Positions 39,543 through 50,139 are shown, counted from the first letter of the stretch. The stretch is DNA of 64,000 nt from an uncultured Planctomycetia bacterium (GCA_964566255.1 CAZMID010000002.1:30923-94922); one strand, 5' to 3'. Program-made: numbers and translations. The notes: generated by a model not told the origin, from the sequence alone.

Positions 39543-41099
39543 ATGAAATATAGCTTAGCCACTAATAAAGATGTAGATGTGATATTGATTTACCCAAAGA
39601 CTGGTATTGATTTAGGTGCAACAGTTGCGCCGCCACACGCCCTTTTGACTATAGCAGCCCCATTGCATAAGAAAGGGTATAAAGTAAAGATAATTGACCA
39701 GAGGACAGATGTTGCATGGGATAGGCAATTGATAGAGTTTTTAGAGAAGAATCCTATCTGTGTCGGGATTTCCTGCATGACTGGTACTCAGATCTACTTT
39801 GCTCTTGAGGCTGCAAAGGTAGTAAGGAAGTTTACAAATGGAAAGGTTCCTATTGTTTGGGGAGGACCGCATCCTTCTATACTTTCCGAACAAACCTTGC
39901 AGAATGAATATGTTGATGCTGTATGCGTTGGTGAGGGGGATATAACTTTTAGAGAATTGGTGGAGGCATTTGCTTCAAAGAGGTCCTTGAGTGATATTAG
40001 AGGAATTGCTTTTAAAGATGGTAATAAGACAGTTATTACACCTTCACGGCCGTTACTTGACGTAGAAGAGCTTTTGCCTGTTCCTTGGGAACTTGTTGAT
40101 GTTGAAAAGTATATTCATAGGGATTTTTATATTAAAGGAGTTAGGCGTAGTTTAGATGTGGGTCAGACTTCTCGCGGTTGCCCTTTTCAATGCGGATTTT
40201 GCTGTAGTGCTTCTTTGAGGCAGAGAAAATGGAGGGCCATGTCAGTTGAAAAGTCTTTAGAGGTAATTATTAAACCGGTAAAGAGATTTAATCTTGAGAG
40301 TATATGGATAAGAGATGATGAGTTCTATATTGATCGAAATAGAGCTTATAAAATATGTGAAGGGATAATAAAATCTGGTTTAAAAATAAGATGGTATACA
40401 TCAGGTACACGTGTAGATGTTTTTAATAGATCAAAAGATGAAGAGATTCTTATGTTGAAGAGAAGTGGAGCCGATACTCTGAAATTCGGTGCTGAATCTG
40501 GCTCAAATAGGATTTTAGAATTAATGAAAAAGGGTATACGGTGGGAGGATACGATAGAGGCTAATTTAAGGGCAAAAAGGTTTGGGATAATTCCAGTTTT
40601 TGCTTTGATGGTCGGTTTTCCAACAGAGACATTTGAAGAGATAAATAAGACTATTGATATTTTCGTAAGGCTCAAGAAAGATAATCCTAAGGCCCAATTT
40701 GAGGTTATTTCTCCTTATACTGCATTTGCAGGAACGCCATTATATGAAGTGGCTTTGAAGATGGGGTTAAGGCCACCACAGACTTTAGAAGGGTGGATAG
40801 GATGGCTTTGCGATGAGTATGATATAGAAGGAAGAAAGATTCCCTGGTTTAGTTATTCTGAGAGAAAGAAAATAGGAAACGTTGCTTATATGAGCATACT
40901 TGCCAACAGTATTCAGAATGCCATAAGTGGGGTCCAGAACAATTTTATGCGAGTTATTTTAAAAACAATCTTTGGTCCAGTTAGCAGTTTTGAGAGGTTT
41001 AGATTGAAGAGAAAATGGTATGGTTTTGCCCCTGAACTGGATCTTGCCAGATTTTTACGTAAGAGGCTTTTTTATCGTAGCTATAAAAGTATAACATAA
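39543..41099 (+). CDS. Cobalamin-binding radical SAM enzyme 2
   Basis: PPHALL, WGGPHPS, GEGD, SRGCPFQCGFC, GAESGS. Confidence 0.92.
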   Translation: MKYSLATNKDVDVILIYPKTGIDLGATVAPPHALLTIAAPLHKKGYKVKIIDQRTDVAWDRQLIEFLEKNPICVGISCMTGTQIYFALEAAKVVRKFTNGKVPIVWGGPHPSILSEQTLQNEYVDAVCVGEGDITFRELVEAFASKRSLSDIRGIAFKDGNKTVITPSRPLLDVEELLPVPWELVDVEKYIHRDFYIKGVRRSLDVGQTSRGCPFQCGFCCSASLRQRKWRAMSVEKSLEVIIKPVKRFNLESIWIRDDEFYIDRNRAYKICEGIIKSGLKIRWYTSGTRVDVFNRSKDEEILMLKRSGADTLKFGAESGSNRILELMKKGIRWEDTIEANLRAKRFGIIPVFALMVGFPTETFEEINKTIDIFVRLKKDNPKAQFEVISPYTAFAGTPLYEVALKMGLRPPQTLEGWIGWLCDEYDIEGRKIPWFSYSERKKIGNVAYMSILANSIQNAISGVQNNFMRVILKTIFGPVSSFERFRLKRKWYGFAPELDLARFLRKRLFYRSYKSIT

Positions 41100-41114
41100 A
41101 AGGAGTGTCTTCTC

Positions 41115-42566
41115 ATGAAAGATAAAATGATATTGGCAACTGTAAATTCCAAGAAAGAGGTTTATGCTGGCACAGCTAATGAATTTTCAGCTATTGCACC
41201 GAATGTCCAGATGGGACTATTGGGTGCATACATAAAGTCAAAGGATATAGATGTTGAGATAATCGATTCAGAGGTAGAAGGAGTATTGATTAACGGGTTA
41301 CTCGACGTAGTAGAGAGAGAAAAGCCATTGCTTTTAGGTATTGTTTGTACAGGTGCTAATCCATCATCTTCAACAATGATTATGGCAGGGATAGTTGATT
41401 TTTTTCAAGAGTTCAATAAAAGATCTCCTGGGGTAAAGACTTTTATCTGGGGGCCTCACCCTACGGTATTACCTGAAAGGACCTTAAGAGAAACAGATGC
41501 AGATTTTGTTATTAGGGGGGAGGGATATCAGACGATAGTAGAATTATTCAATACACTACGTACCGACCCTAGCAATGTGGACAAAATAGCAGGCCTTTCT
41601 TATTTACGTAATGCTAGATATACCGAGAACAAAGATGTACCATTAATAAAAGATCTAGATATATTACCTATGATCGATTGGGATGCAATGCATCCATCTA
41701 AATATAGAGCCCATAATTGGCATTGCTTTGGAGATGTGAATAACAGGACCCCATATGCGATCGTCTGGACAAGTTTTGGATGTCCATACAAATGCAACTT
41801 TTGCTGTATTAATAATTTATTTGGGAAAAGGACACAGCGTTTTAGAAGCATTGATAGTGTGATTCGCGAAATAAGCATATTAGTAGAAAAACATAACATA
41901 AGACACTTAAAAATATTAGATGAGCTTTTTGTTACCCACCCTAAGAGGATAGAAGAATTCTGCGATAAACTCGAAGAGAAAAATTATGATTTGCATATGT
42001 GGTCTTTTGCAAGGGCGGATACTATAAATAGACATTTGCTTAAAAGGCTAAAGAAGGTAGGGATGGACTGGATATCTTATGGTTTTGAATCTACTAATCC
42101 CAAGATACTAAAAGATATAAGCAAAGGATACAGCTGTAATTTTGATGAGGTAATAAAGATGACGCAGGATGAAGGTATCTATATATGTGCTGATGTTATG
42201 TTTGGCATGTGGGAAGATGATATGGATACGCTGAAATCAACTTACGATTTTTTAGTAAAGCATAATTTTGAATGGGTAAATATGTATCCTGTATTTGCCT
42301 ATCCTGGCACAGAGCTGTATGAAAGGATTGAGGAACCAAAGTCTTGGAAGGTCTATGCGCTTTATGGTTATGAATGTATACCAGCAGGCACAAAATATCT
42401 TAGCCCTAAAGAAGTGCTTAAATTTCGTGATGAGGCATTTGTCAAATATCATAATAGAGAAGAGTATCTTAAGATGATGGAAAATAAATTTGGTTCAGAA
42501 ACCAAAGAACATATAGTCAGAATGTTAAAGATATCACTTAGAAGAAGATTGCTAGAAGAAAAATAA
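41115..42566 (+). CDS. Cobalamin-binding radical SAM enzyme 3 (YRAHNWH subtype)
   Basis: WGPHPT, GEGY, YRAHNWHCFG, GCPYKCNFC, GFES. Confidence 0.92.
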   Translation: MKDKMILATVNSKKEVYAGTANEFSAIAPNVQMGLLGAYIKSKDIDVEIIDSEVEGVLINGLLDVVEREKPLLLGIVCTGANPSSSTMIMAGIVDFFQEFNKRSPGVKTFIWGPHPTVLPERTLRETDADFVIRGEGYQTIVELFNTLRTDPSNVDKIAGLSYLRNARYTENKDVPLIKDLDILPMIDWDAMHPSKYRAHNWHCFGDVNNRTPYAIVWTSFGCPYKCNFCCINNLFGKRTQRFRSIDSVIREISILVEKHNIRHLKILDELFVTHPKRIEEFCDKLEEKNYDLHMWSFARADTINRHLLKRLKKVGMDWISYGFESTNPKILKDISKGYSCNFDEVIKMTQDEGIYICADVMFGMWEDDMDTLKSTYDFLVKHNFEWVNMYPVFAYPGTELYERIEEPKSWKVYALYGYECIPAGTKYLSPKEVLKFRDEAFVKYHNREEYLKMMENKFGSETKEHIVRMLKISLRRRLLEEK

Positions 42567-42570
42567 AACT

Positions 42571-43506
42571 ATGAAGAAAAAATCAAAAATATTCATTACG
42601 GGACATAATAGTATGCTGGGTTCTGCTCTATTCAATCGGTTAAAAGAAGGAGGATTCAGTAACTTAGTCGCGAAGGATTCATCAGAACTTAATCTTACGA
42701 ATCAGAGGGCCGTTGATTCATTTTTCAAAAAAGAAAAGCCCGAATATTGCTTTTTAGCTCCAATAAAAGAAGGCGGGATACTTTTAAATATGATGCATCC
42801 TGCTGAATTAGTTTATCAGAACATTGCCACACTAAGTAATGTTGTTCATTCTGCATGGGAGGCAGGGGTTAAGAAGCTTTTATTTTTTGCCAGCTCCTGT
42901 GTTTATTCTAAGGACTGCCCTCAACCTATGAAGGAAGAATATTTATTGACAGGTCCATTAGAGCCGACCAATGAGGCGTATGCAATTGCTAAGATTGCAG
43001 GGATTAAAATGTGCCAGGCATACAATGCTCAATTTGGTACACGGTTTCTTTCTGTGATACCTGCTACTGTTTTTGGACCAGAAGATAATTTCGATTTTAA
43101 GACTTCTCATGTGATATCTGCATTGATTAGGAAATTTCACGAGGGCAAGATAAAAAATGAGCCTGTTGTTAATATCTGGGGGACAGGGAAACCTCGCAGG
43201 GAATTTATATATGTGGACGATTTGGTAGATGCAAGTCTGTTCTTTATGCAGGAAGATAATCCTGTAGAACTTATTAATATGGGTAGTGGTATGGATGTAT
43301 CTATACAAGAGCTGGCTGAGTTGATAAAAGGACTTACTGGTTTTAAAGGTAAGATAGAATTTGATACTACTAAACCCGATGGTGTCTTAAGAAAGTTGCT
43401 TGATAGTCATCGTTTAAATTCTTTAGGTTGGAGACCGAAGGTCGGACTTCAAAAAGGATTGAAGAATACTTATCAGTGGTATACAAATAAAAAGGTTAAA
43501 AGGTAA
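42571..43506 (+). CDS. fcl: GDP-L-fucose synthase family (Fcl/ColC)
   Basis: SSCVY, EPTNEAYAIAK, SHVISAL, WGTGKPRREF, KPDG; nucleotide-binding motif degenerate (GHNSMLG). Confidence 0.85.
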   Translation: MKKKSKIFITGHNSMLGSALFNRLKEGGFSNLVAKDSSELNLTNQRAVDSFFKKEKPEYCFLAPIKEGGILLNMMHPAELVYQNIATLSNVVHSAWEAGVKKLLFFASSCVYSKDCPQPMKEEYLLTGPLEPTNEAYAIAKIAGIKMCQAYNAQFGTRFLSVIPATVFGPEDNFDFKTSHVISALIRKFHEGKIKNEPVVNIWGTGKPRREFIYVDDLVDASLFFMQEDNPVELINMGSGMDVSIQELAELIKGLTGFKGKIEFDTTKPDGVLRKLLDSHRLNSLGWRPKVGLQKGLKNTYQWYTNKKVKR

Positions 43507-43516
43507 AATTCTAAAA

Positions 43517-44530
43517 ATGGTGAAAAAAAATAACCCAATTCAGTTTGATTCAAGTGTGAGCGATATCCAGGCTAAGGTATTGATTGAGCTTTACAGGATA
43601 ATGCTGAGAATAAGAAGACTCCAGCTTAAAATAGAAGATGAATACCCGAAGGACGAGATGAAAACTCCTGTACATCTCTGTTTGGGACAAGAGGCAATAC
43701 CTGCAGGTATTTGTATTAATTTGAATAAAGAAGATTATGTTTTTAGTAACTACCGAGGCCATGGTCATTATCTTGCTAAGGGTGGTGATTTAAAGGCGCT
43801 TATTTCAGAGTTATATTGCAGGGAAACTGGTTGTTCTCATGGGCGTGGCGGTTCAATGCATTTGATAGATACCTCTGTAGGATTATTAGGTTCTTCTTCT
43901 ATTGTGGCTGGCGGTATACCTATTGCTACAGGATGTGGTCTTGCATCTTTATTGCAGAAAGATAATCGTATAGCAGTTGTATTCTTTGGAGATGGGGCAG
44001 TAGATGAAGGCGTATTATATGAGAGTATCAATTTTGCAGTGCTTAAGAAGCTCCCTGTCATATATGCCTGTGAAAATAATTTTTATGCAGTGTGTTCCCC
44101 ACAAAGACATAGGCAGCCCCTTGATAATATATATAGACGTTTTGAAGGATGCGGTATAAATAGTTATAAGGTTGATGGCAACAATGTTATTGATGTCTAT
44201 CGCATAGCAAATAAAGTCATTAGTGATGCCCGTAACAAAAAAGGCCCTTCATTGATAGAGTTTAGGACATATCGTTGGAGGGGGCATTCTGGAGGCGAAT
44301 CCGATATAGATTTAGGCTATAGATCTCAGGAAGAATTAGATGAATGGATGAAAAAGTGCCCTGTTAAAAATTTTGAGAGTTTCTTACTTAATAATCATTT
44401 AATTACGAATGAGGAGATTAAATCTATAGAGGGTGTTTTTGATAAGGAGATAGATGAGGCTTTTTTGTTTGCTAAAAATAGTCCTTTGGCAGATGAAAAA
44501 GATTTATTGAAATATCTTTATAGTACTTAA
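43517..44530 (+). CDS. ThDP-dependent dehydrogenase E1 alpha-like subunit
   Basis: HLCLGQE, GRGGSMH, GDGA(x)nENN, TYRWRGH. Confidence 0.92.
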   Translation: MVKKNNPIQFDSSVSDIQAKVLIELYRIMLRIRRLQLKIEDEYPKDEMKTPVHLCLGQEAIPAGICINLNKEDYVFSNYRGHGHYLAKGGDLKALISELYCRETGCSHGRGGSMHLIDTSVGLLGSSSIVAGGIPIATGCGLASLLQKDNRIAVVFFGDGAVDEGVLYESINFAVLKKLPVIYACENNFYAVCSPQRHRQPLDNIYRRFEGCGINSYKVDGNNVIDVYRIANKVISDARNKKGPSLIEFRTYRWRGHSGGESDIDLGYRSQEELDEWMKKCPVKNFESFLLNNHLITNEEIKSIEGVFDKEIDEAFLFAKNSPLADEKDLLKYLYST

Positions 44531-44549
44531 TAAGGATTGGAGTGAGGTT

Positions 44550-45605
44550 ATGAAAATCAGCTTTGATTGGGACAAGAAGAGTATAGAAAAAGAAGAACGG
44601 GGATTTGAACACAAATTAGGGGAGAAAGAAAGAAAGATTTCTTATGGCAATGCTTTATACGAAACATTTGATCAGTTGCTTTCGACGGACAAGCGTGTTT
44701 TTGTTATGGGGCAGGGAGTGGATGATCCTTTTGGCATGTTTGGTGCGACACTGGATCTCCATAAGAAATATGGATCGGATAGGGTATTTGATACTCCATT
44801 ATCCGAGGAGGGTTTAACAGGGATAGCAGTAGGTGCAGCCCTTGCAGGTATGCGACCAGTTTATATGCATAACCGTCCCGACTTTCTTTTGCTTGCAATG
44901 AATCAAATTGTTAATCATGCATCAAAATGGAGTTATATGTTTGGAGGTAAAATAAATGTGCCAATTGTTATATGGGCCTGCATAGGTCGTGGCTGGGGTT
45001 CAGGTGCTCAACATTCTCAGGCCTTACAGGGTTTGTTTATGCATATTCCTGGCATAAAACTTGTTATGCCGAGCACCCCTTATGACGCCAAAGGCCTATT
45101 AACTTCAAGTGTTCTTGATAATAATCCTGTGGTAATTTTGGAACATCGCTGGCTATTTAAGCATACAGGACATGTCCCTGAAAAGTTATATACCATACCT
45201 TTTGGTAAGGGCATAATTAGAAAAAAAGGAGATAAAGTTACTATTGTTGGTGCCTCTTATATGGTTATAGAAGCAGTAAGGGCAGCAGAGGAGCTTCAGG
45301 AAAAAGGTATTGATGTAGAGGTTATAGACCTTCGGACATTAAAACCTTTAGATGAAGAGATAATTTTAAATTCAGTCAAAAAAACTGGCAGATTACTTAT
45401 CGTGGATATGGGCTGGAAGACAAGCGGCATAAGTGCGGAAATTGCAGCAATGCTGTCAGAAAAAGGATTTCAATATCTAAAGAAACCAATTAAGCGGGTT
45501 ACTTGTCCAGATATACCAACGCCCGCGGGTTATACATTAGAGAAAAAGTTTTATCCTGGGCCTGCTGAAATAGTAGAGGCTGTAATGGAGTTAATGAAGC
45601 GATGA
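44550..45605 (+). CDS. ThDP-dependent dehydrogenase E1 beta-like subunit
   Basis: DTPLSE, GAQHSQ, PSTPYDAKG, DLRTLKPLD. Confidence 0.92.
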   Translation: MKISFDWDKKSIEKEERGFEHKLGEKERKISYGNALYETFDQLLSTDKRVFVMGQGVDDPFGMFGATLDLHKKYGSDRVFDTPLSEEGLTGIAVGAALAGMRPVYMHNRPDFLLLAMNQIVNHASKWSYMFGGKINVPIVIWACIGRGWGSGAQHSQALQGLFMHIPGIKLVMPSTPYDAKGLLTSSVLDNNPVVILEHRWLFKHTGHVPEKLYTIPFGKGIIRKKGDKVTIVGASYMVIEAVRAAEELQEKGIDVEVIDLRTLKPLDEEIILNSVKKTGRLLIVDMGWKTSGISAEIAAMLSEKGFQYLKKPIKRVTCPDIPTPAGYTLEKKFYPGPAEIVEAVMELMKR

Positions 45606-46828
45606 ACGAGAGGCAAGATAAAATGACTAAGAAATTAAAAGTTCCTTTTGGGGCACTTACTATAACTGATACTTCCAAGAGACTTATTAAAGAAATACTT
45701 GATTCTAATAGGGTTTCAAGTGGCAAGTATGTAAGGGAATTAGAGAAGCGTTTTGCTGAGTTGACAGGAACCAAAGAGGCAGTTGCAGTTAGTTCTGGAA
45801 CAGATGCTGATGCCTTGGCCTTGGCAGTGCTTTATGATGTTGGCGCAAAAAGAGGTGATGAGGTTATTGTGCCAGCCTTGTCTTTTGTGGCAACTGGAAA
45901 TGCAGTCTTACAGGCAGGTTTTAAGCCTGTTTTTGTAGATATTGAGAAAGAAACGTTGAATATAGATCCGTCGAAGATCGAAAATGTCGTAACAAAAAAG
46001 ACAAAGGCCATAATACCGGTTCATCTTATGGGCAAACCTGCTGATATGGACGCGATAAATGGGATAGCAAAACAGCATAATCTATATGTCATTGAAGATG
46101 CTGCTGAGGCCCATGGGACAGTTTATAAAGGCAGGAATGTTGGGACCTTAGGTGATATGGCTGCATATAGTCTGTACGTAGCTCATATGATATCAACCAT
46201 TGAAGGTGGAATAGTTACAACCAATAATTCAGAATTTACAGAGATTTTGAGATCTCTGAGGTCGCATGGCAGGGCATGTAAATGCAAAGAATGTGTTTTA
46301 AACGTTGGCTTCGGTGTTTGCAATAAGAGATTTACCAAAGGTATGGATGTAAGGTTTATATTTGAACGCATAGGTTTTTCAACTAAGATGAACGAATTAG
46401 AAGCAGCCATTGGATTGGGAAGCATAGAGATCTATTCGCAAATTTTGAAGAAAAGACGCGAAAATCTTTTATACCTTATGGATAAATTTAGCGAATTCGA
46501 AGAGTACCTTTATACTGTTAAAGAAGGGCCTGATGAAGAAATCGGCCCCCACGCCTTTCCTATAATACTTAGAGAGGATGTCAAGTTTAACCGTGATAAA
46601 CTCAGCCGTTTTTTGGAAGAACACTGGATTGATTCACGCAGCCTTTTCTTATCAATGCCTACTCAATGTCCTGGTTTTAAGTATCTAGGACATCGCTTAG
46701 GTGAATTTCCTAATGCTGAGTATATGGGTGAAATGGGGCTACATATAGGTATCCATCAAGATGTGGGCAAAGAGGAAATGGATTATGTCATTAGCGTTAT
46801 AAGAGATTTTTGTAGAAACATCGGTTGA
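45602..46828 (+). CDS. DegT-fold PLP/PMP enzyme with His in place of Lys (E1/DdhC/RfbH- or ColD-like C3 dehydratase)
   Basis: SSGT, PVHLMG, EDAAEAHG, SLYVAHMISTIEGG, Cys motif GRACKCKEC...C; start may be 45623. Confidence 0.82.
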   Translation: MNERQDKMTKKLKVPFGALTITDTSKRLIKEILDSNRVSSGKYVRELEKRFAELTGTKEAVAVSSGTDADALALAVLYDVGAKRGDEVIVPALSFVATGNAVLQAGFKPVFVDIEKETLNIDPSKIENVVTKKTKAIIPVHLMGKPADMDAINGIAKQHNLYVIEDAAEAHGTVYKGRNVGTLGDMAAYSLYVAHMISTIEGGIVTTNNSEFTEILRSLRSHGRACKCKECVLNVGFGVCNKRFTKGMDVRFIFERIGFSTKMNELEAAIGLGSIEIYSQILKKRRENLLYLMDKFSEFEEYLYTVKEGPDEEIGPHAFPIILREDVKFNRDKLSRFLEEHWIDSRSLFLSMPTQCPGFKYLGHRLGEFPNAEYMGEMGLHIGIHQDVGKEEMDYVISVIRDFCRNIG

Positions 46829-46860
46829 ATGGTATAAAAAGAAGCCTGTTGGGAGAAAAA

Positions 46861-48300
46861 ATGCACGAGATATTAAATGATGTCAACCTGTTGAAAAAAT
46901 ATGATGTATACGCGTATGACTATACAGACTATCCTCACAAGAGTTATTGGAGTGAGGATTTAGGCGATAAGGATTATCGCAATACATTGAAGAGTATCTT
47001 TTTGGACAAAAACCATGCGCCGGCATTATTTTACATCCACGTCCCTTTTTGTAAAAAACTTTGTTACTATTGTATTTGCCATAAGGAGATAGCGCCTAGC
47101 TATGACAAGGTGTTGAAGTATTTTGAGAATTATCTTTATGTCGAGATTGATATGCTTCGGCGTTTATTCGAAGAAAATTCGCTAAGGCCGAATTTCAAGG
47201 AGATATATATTGGAGGTGGGACGCCTACATTATTAGAAGAAAAAGAGTTTGATAGATTAATGGCTTTAGTAGGTTCTTTTTGTGATATTAAGAATATGAA
47301 TAGGTTTTGCATAGAGATTGATCCGCGCGTATGTTCTGTTGAAAGATTAAAGTATTATGCTAAGAAGGGTGTGACTACGATCTCCATTGGGGTTCAGGAT
47401 TTAGATATTAATGTACAGAGGGCTATCAATAGGACTCAATCGCCTGAGATGATTGAAAAATTACTTTCCCCAGAAATACGCAAGACATTCAGTAGTATAA
47501 ATTTTGATTTACTCATAGGACTACCTAATCAAACGAGAACTTCTATCAGAAAAACAATGGAAAAAGTTATATCTATGGCCCCGGATCGTATTTCCATGAC
47601 ATACTTTCATTATGCACCAAAATTCTATCCACACATGAAGAAGCTGAAAGAAAGAGGTCTTTTACCAGATTCCGTAGAAAAAAAGCATATTTTTGCAGAA
47701 GGTCTTGATGCTATTACTAAGAATGGCTATGTTCGAACAGGATTTGAACATTTTGCTAAGCCTGGTGACGTTGTGGCTGAAGCAGTCAGGATGAATAAGG
47801 CCAATTATACATCCTTAGGGGCAGTGAGCGGAGACTGTTGTAGTGTTGTGGCTGTAGGGCGTTCAGGCCATGGTATGCTCGGTGACAGTTATCTATTTCA
47901 GAATCACTATGAACAAGAGCAGTATGGAATAGCTTTATCACGGGGTAAATTTCCTATATATCGGGGGCACAAAATGAGTGCAGATGATGTATTGAGGCGG
48001 GATATTATTAAAGGATTGCGCACATATTTCGTCATTAATATCCCTGAGGTTGAAAATCGGATTAATACTCATTTCAGTGAGTATTTTAGTGCAGAACTTG
48101 ACGTTCTGAATGAGTTTATAAAGGATGGCCTTGCGGTATTGACAAGAGAAGAGCTAAAGATTACAGAGAGGGGTAAGCATTTTTCAGGACTTATTGCTAG
48201 TATTTTTGATAAATATCAAAAATCTCCTAGATGTAACAAAGAGGTTGCTTCTGAAGCAATGTCGCATCAGTCAGGAGAACAAGTTAGTGGAGGTTGTTAG
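46861..48300 (+). CDS. HemN-like (class C) radical SAM enzyme
   Basis: YTDYP, YIHVPFCKKLCYYC, GGGTPT, EIDPR, SIGVQD, DLLIGLP; ATG 46861 preceded by GGAG RBS (ORF open from 46825). Confidence 0.85.
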   Translation: MHEILNDVNLLKKYDVYAYDYTDYPHKSYWSEDLGDKDYRNTLKSIFLDKNHAPALFYIHVPFCKKLCYYCICHKEIAPSYDKVLKYFENYLYVEIDMLRRLFEENSLRPNFKEIYIGGGTPTLLEEKEFDRLMALVGSFCDIKNMNRFCIEIDPRVCSVERLKYYAKKGVTTISIGVQDLDINVQRAINRTQSPEMIEKLLSPEIRKTFSSINFDLLIGLPNQTRTSIRKTMEKVISMAPDRISMTYFHYAPKFYPHMKKLKERGLLPDSVEKKHIFAEGLDAITKNGYVRTGFEHFAKPGDVVAEAVRMNKANYTSLGAVSGDCCSVVAVGRSGHGMLGDSYLFQNHYEQEQYGIALSRGKFPIYRGHKMSADDVLRRDIIKGLRTYFVINIPEVENRINTHFSEYFSAELDVLNEFIKDGLAVLTREELKITERGKHFSGLIASIFDKYQKSPRCNKEVASEAMSHQSGEQVSGGC

Positions 48301-48303
48301 TTA

Positions 48304-50139
48304 ATGGCAGATTCTGAGAAGATTTTCAAGGAATTGAAAGAAAAATTATTTCCTAAAGGCTGTAAGAGGATACTTTTTGTTGTTCCTCCAGAGTCTCCTG
48401 AAGCCCAGTTTGATATAGATCTTGTGCTTCGAAAACGTTACCCGTGTTTTCCTCCTTATGGCTCTGGTATGCTTAGTCGACAGTTGAAGGATCGTGGTTA
48501 TGAGACAAATATCATTGATTTGAATTTTCTTATGCTTCAGGCAGTTCATAAGGATTCAGCAAACTTTAATTATCAGATTTGGCAGCAACAGTTAACCCAG
48601 GAGATTAATAGGTTTCGTCCAGACTTTATTGGTCTAAGTGTGATGTTTTCGTTTGCTCATGACTCAATGATTAAGGTATGTAAATATATCAAAAAAAGAC
48701 ATTCGGGAATTCCTATAATAGTTGGTGGAATTTACGTCTCTAACGATATCGAGCGTATCCTACGAGAATGTCAGGAAATTGATTTTGGAATGTCTTTTGA
48801 GGCAGATGTTAGCTTCCCCGATCTTATTGATGCCATTAATGAGAAGCTCCCAGTTGACAAAATTGCTCAATTGAGTGTTCTTCGTAACGGTGAATGTATT
48901 ACATGGAAGAATCGTACAGTACCCGATATCAACAGTCTAAATGTACAGCCGGACTATTTAGATCTGCCTATAGGTGAATATTCAAGATACGGAGCTCTTG
49001 GCAACTATAATTTTCTACTAGATGATAAGAAGGCCACTTCAGTGCAAGGTAATCGGGGGTGTCATGCTCGGTGCAGTTTTTGCTCTGCAAAAGAGTATCA
49101 TGGGGGTGGTGTAAGAAGTCGCAATGTTACTGCGGTTGTAGATGAGATTCAGTTTTTATATGAAACTTATGGGATTAGTCATTTCACATGGCTTGATGAT
49201 GATTTGCTCTTTAATGAGAAACGTGTCATAACGTTATTCACTGAGATTATAAAGCGCAATATTAAAATTACCTGGGATGCATCAAATGGGCTTATTGCCT
49301 CAGCCATTACACCTGAGATTATGACACTGGCTTATGAGTCTGGATGCATTGGGGTACATCTTGGGATTGAGTCAGGGAATGAGCAGATTCTTAGGTCTAT
49401 TCGTAAACCCAGCGGGAGGAGACATTTCTATCGCGCCAAAGAACAACTAGATAGGTACCCGCAGATCTTTGTAAAAGGGTATCTCATTATTGGTTTTCCA
49501 AATGAGACATTAGGTCAGATAATGGATACAGTTAAAATGGCATGTGAACTGGAGTTTCATTGGTATCCTTTACAATTCCTTTCTTTGTTACCCCGCACTG
49601 ATATTACAATGAACGCTGTTAAGCAGGGTTTGATTGGGAAAGATGATGTTTCATCTCAGTATCATGGTGAGACAGCTGGTTCAAAGAGTGCTAGTGGCGG
49701 CTCCCTGCGGCAGAGAGAGATTGAAGAAAAACTAGAGGCAAAAGAGTTTAAAAATATATTTGAAGAAAAAAGTATGGACTATGTACCTACGCTAGAGGAG
49801 TTGCGTGATATATGGTTTGTAGCTGATTATAAGATTAATTATGAAAAATTGTTGCACGTGAATGATCCAATCAAACTTAGCAACATTAGAAAGATGCTTA
49901 TGGAGATCGCGGATAAATATACATTTGAAAACAGTCTGGGTAATTTGTTCATGGCAGTTTTAGAACAAAAACTTGGTCAAAAAGAAGAAGGCATGCGCAG
50001 ACTCCTTCTCGCAGAACAATATCTCAGTGAATCTAAGTATTGGCAGAAAAGATATGAAGTATTAGGAATATATAACGTTGTTGATGCAGTAAAGAGAGGT
50101 TGTTTTTTAGCAAAATATGATAAAAGTTGCATTCGTTGA
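48304..50139 (+). CDS. Cobalamin-binding radical SAM enzyme 4 (with C-terminal helical extension)
   Basis: PPYG, GLSVMF, RGCHARCSFC, GIESG, IIGFP. Confidence 0.9.
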   Translation: MADSEKIFKELKEKLFPKGCKRILFVVPPESPEAQFDIDLVLRKRYPCFPPYGSGMLSRQLKDRGYETNIIDLNFLMLQAVHKDSANFNYQIWQQQLTQEINRFRPDFIGLSVMFSFAHDSMIKVCKYIKKRHSGIPIIVGGIYVSNDIERILRECQEIDFGMSFEADVSFPDLIDAINEKLPVDKIAQLSVLRNGECITWKNRTVPDINSLNVQPDYLDLPIGEYSRYGALGNYNFLLDDKKATSVQGNRGCHARCSFCSAKEYHGGGVRSRNVTAVVDEIQFLYETYGISHFTWLDDDLLFNEKRVITLFTEIIKRNIKITWDASNGLIASAITPEIMTLAYESGCIGVHLGIESGNEQILRSIRKPSGRRHFYRAKEQLDRYPQIFVKGYLIIGFPNETLGQIMDTVKMACELEFHWYPLQFLSLLPRTDITMNAVKQGLIGKDDVSSQYHGETAGSKSASGGSLRQREIEEKLEAKEFKNIFEEKSMDYVPTLEELRDIWFVADYKINYEKLLHVNDPIKLSNIRKMLMEIADKYTFENSLGNLFMAVLEQKLGQKEEGMRRLLLAEQYLSESKYWQKRYEVLGIYNVVDAVKRGCFLAKYDKSCIR

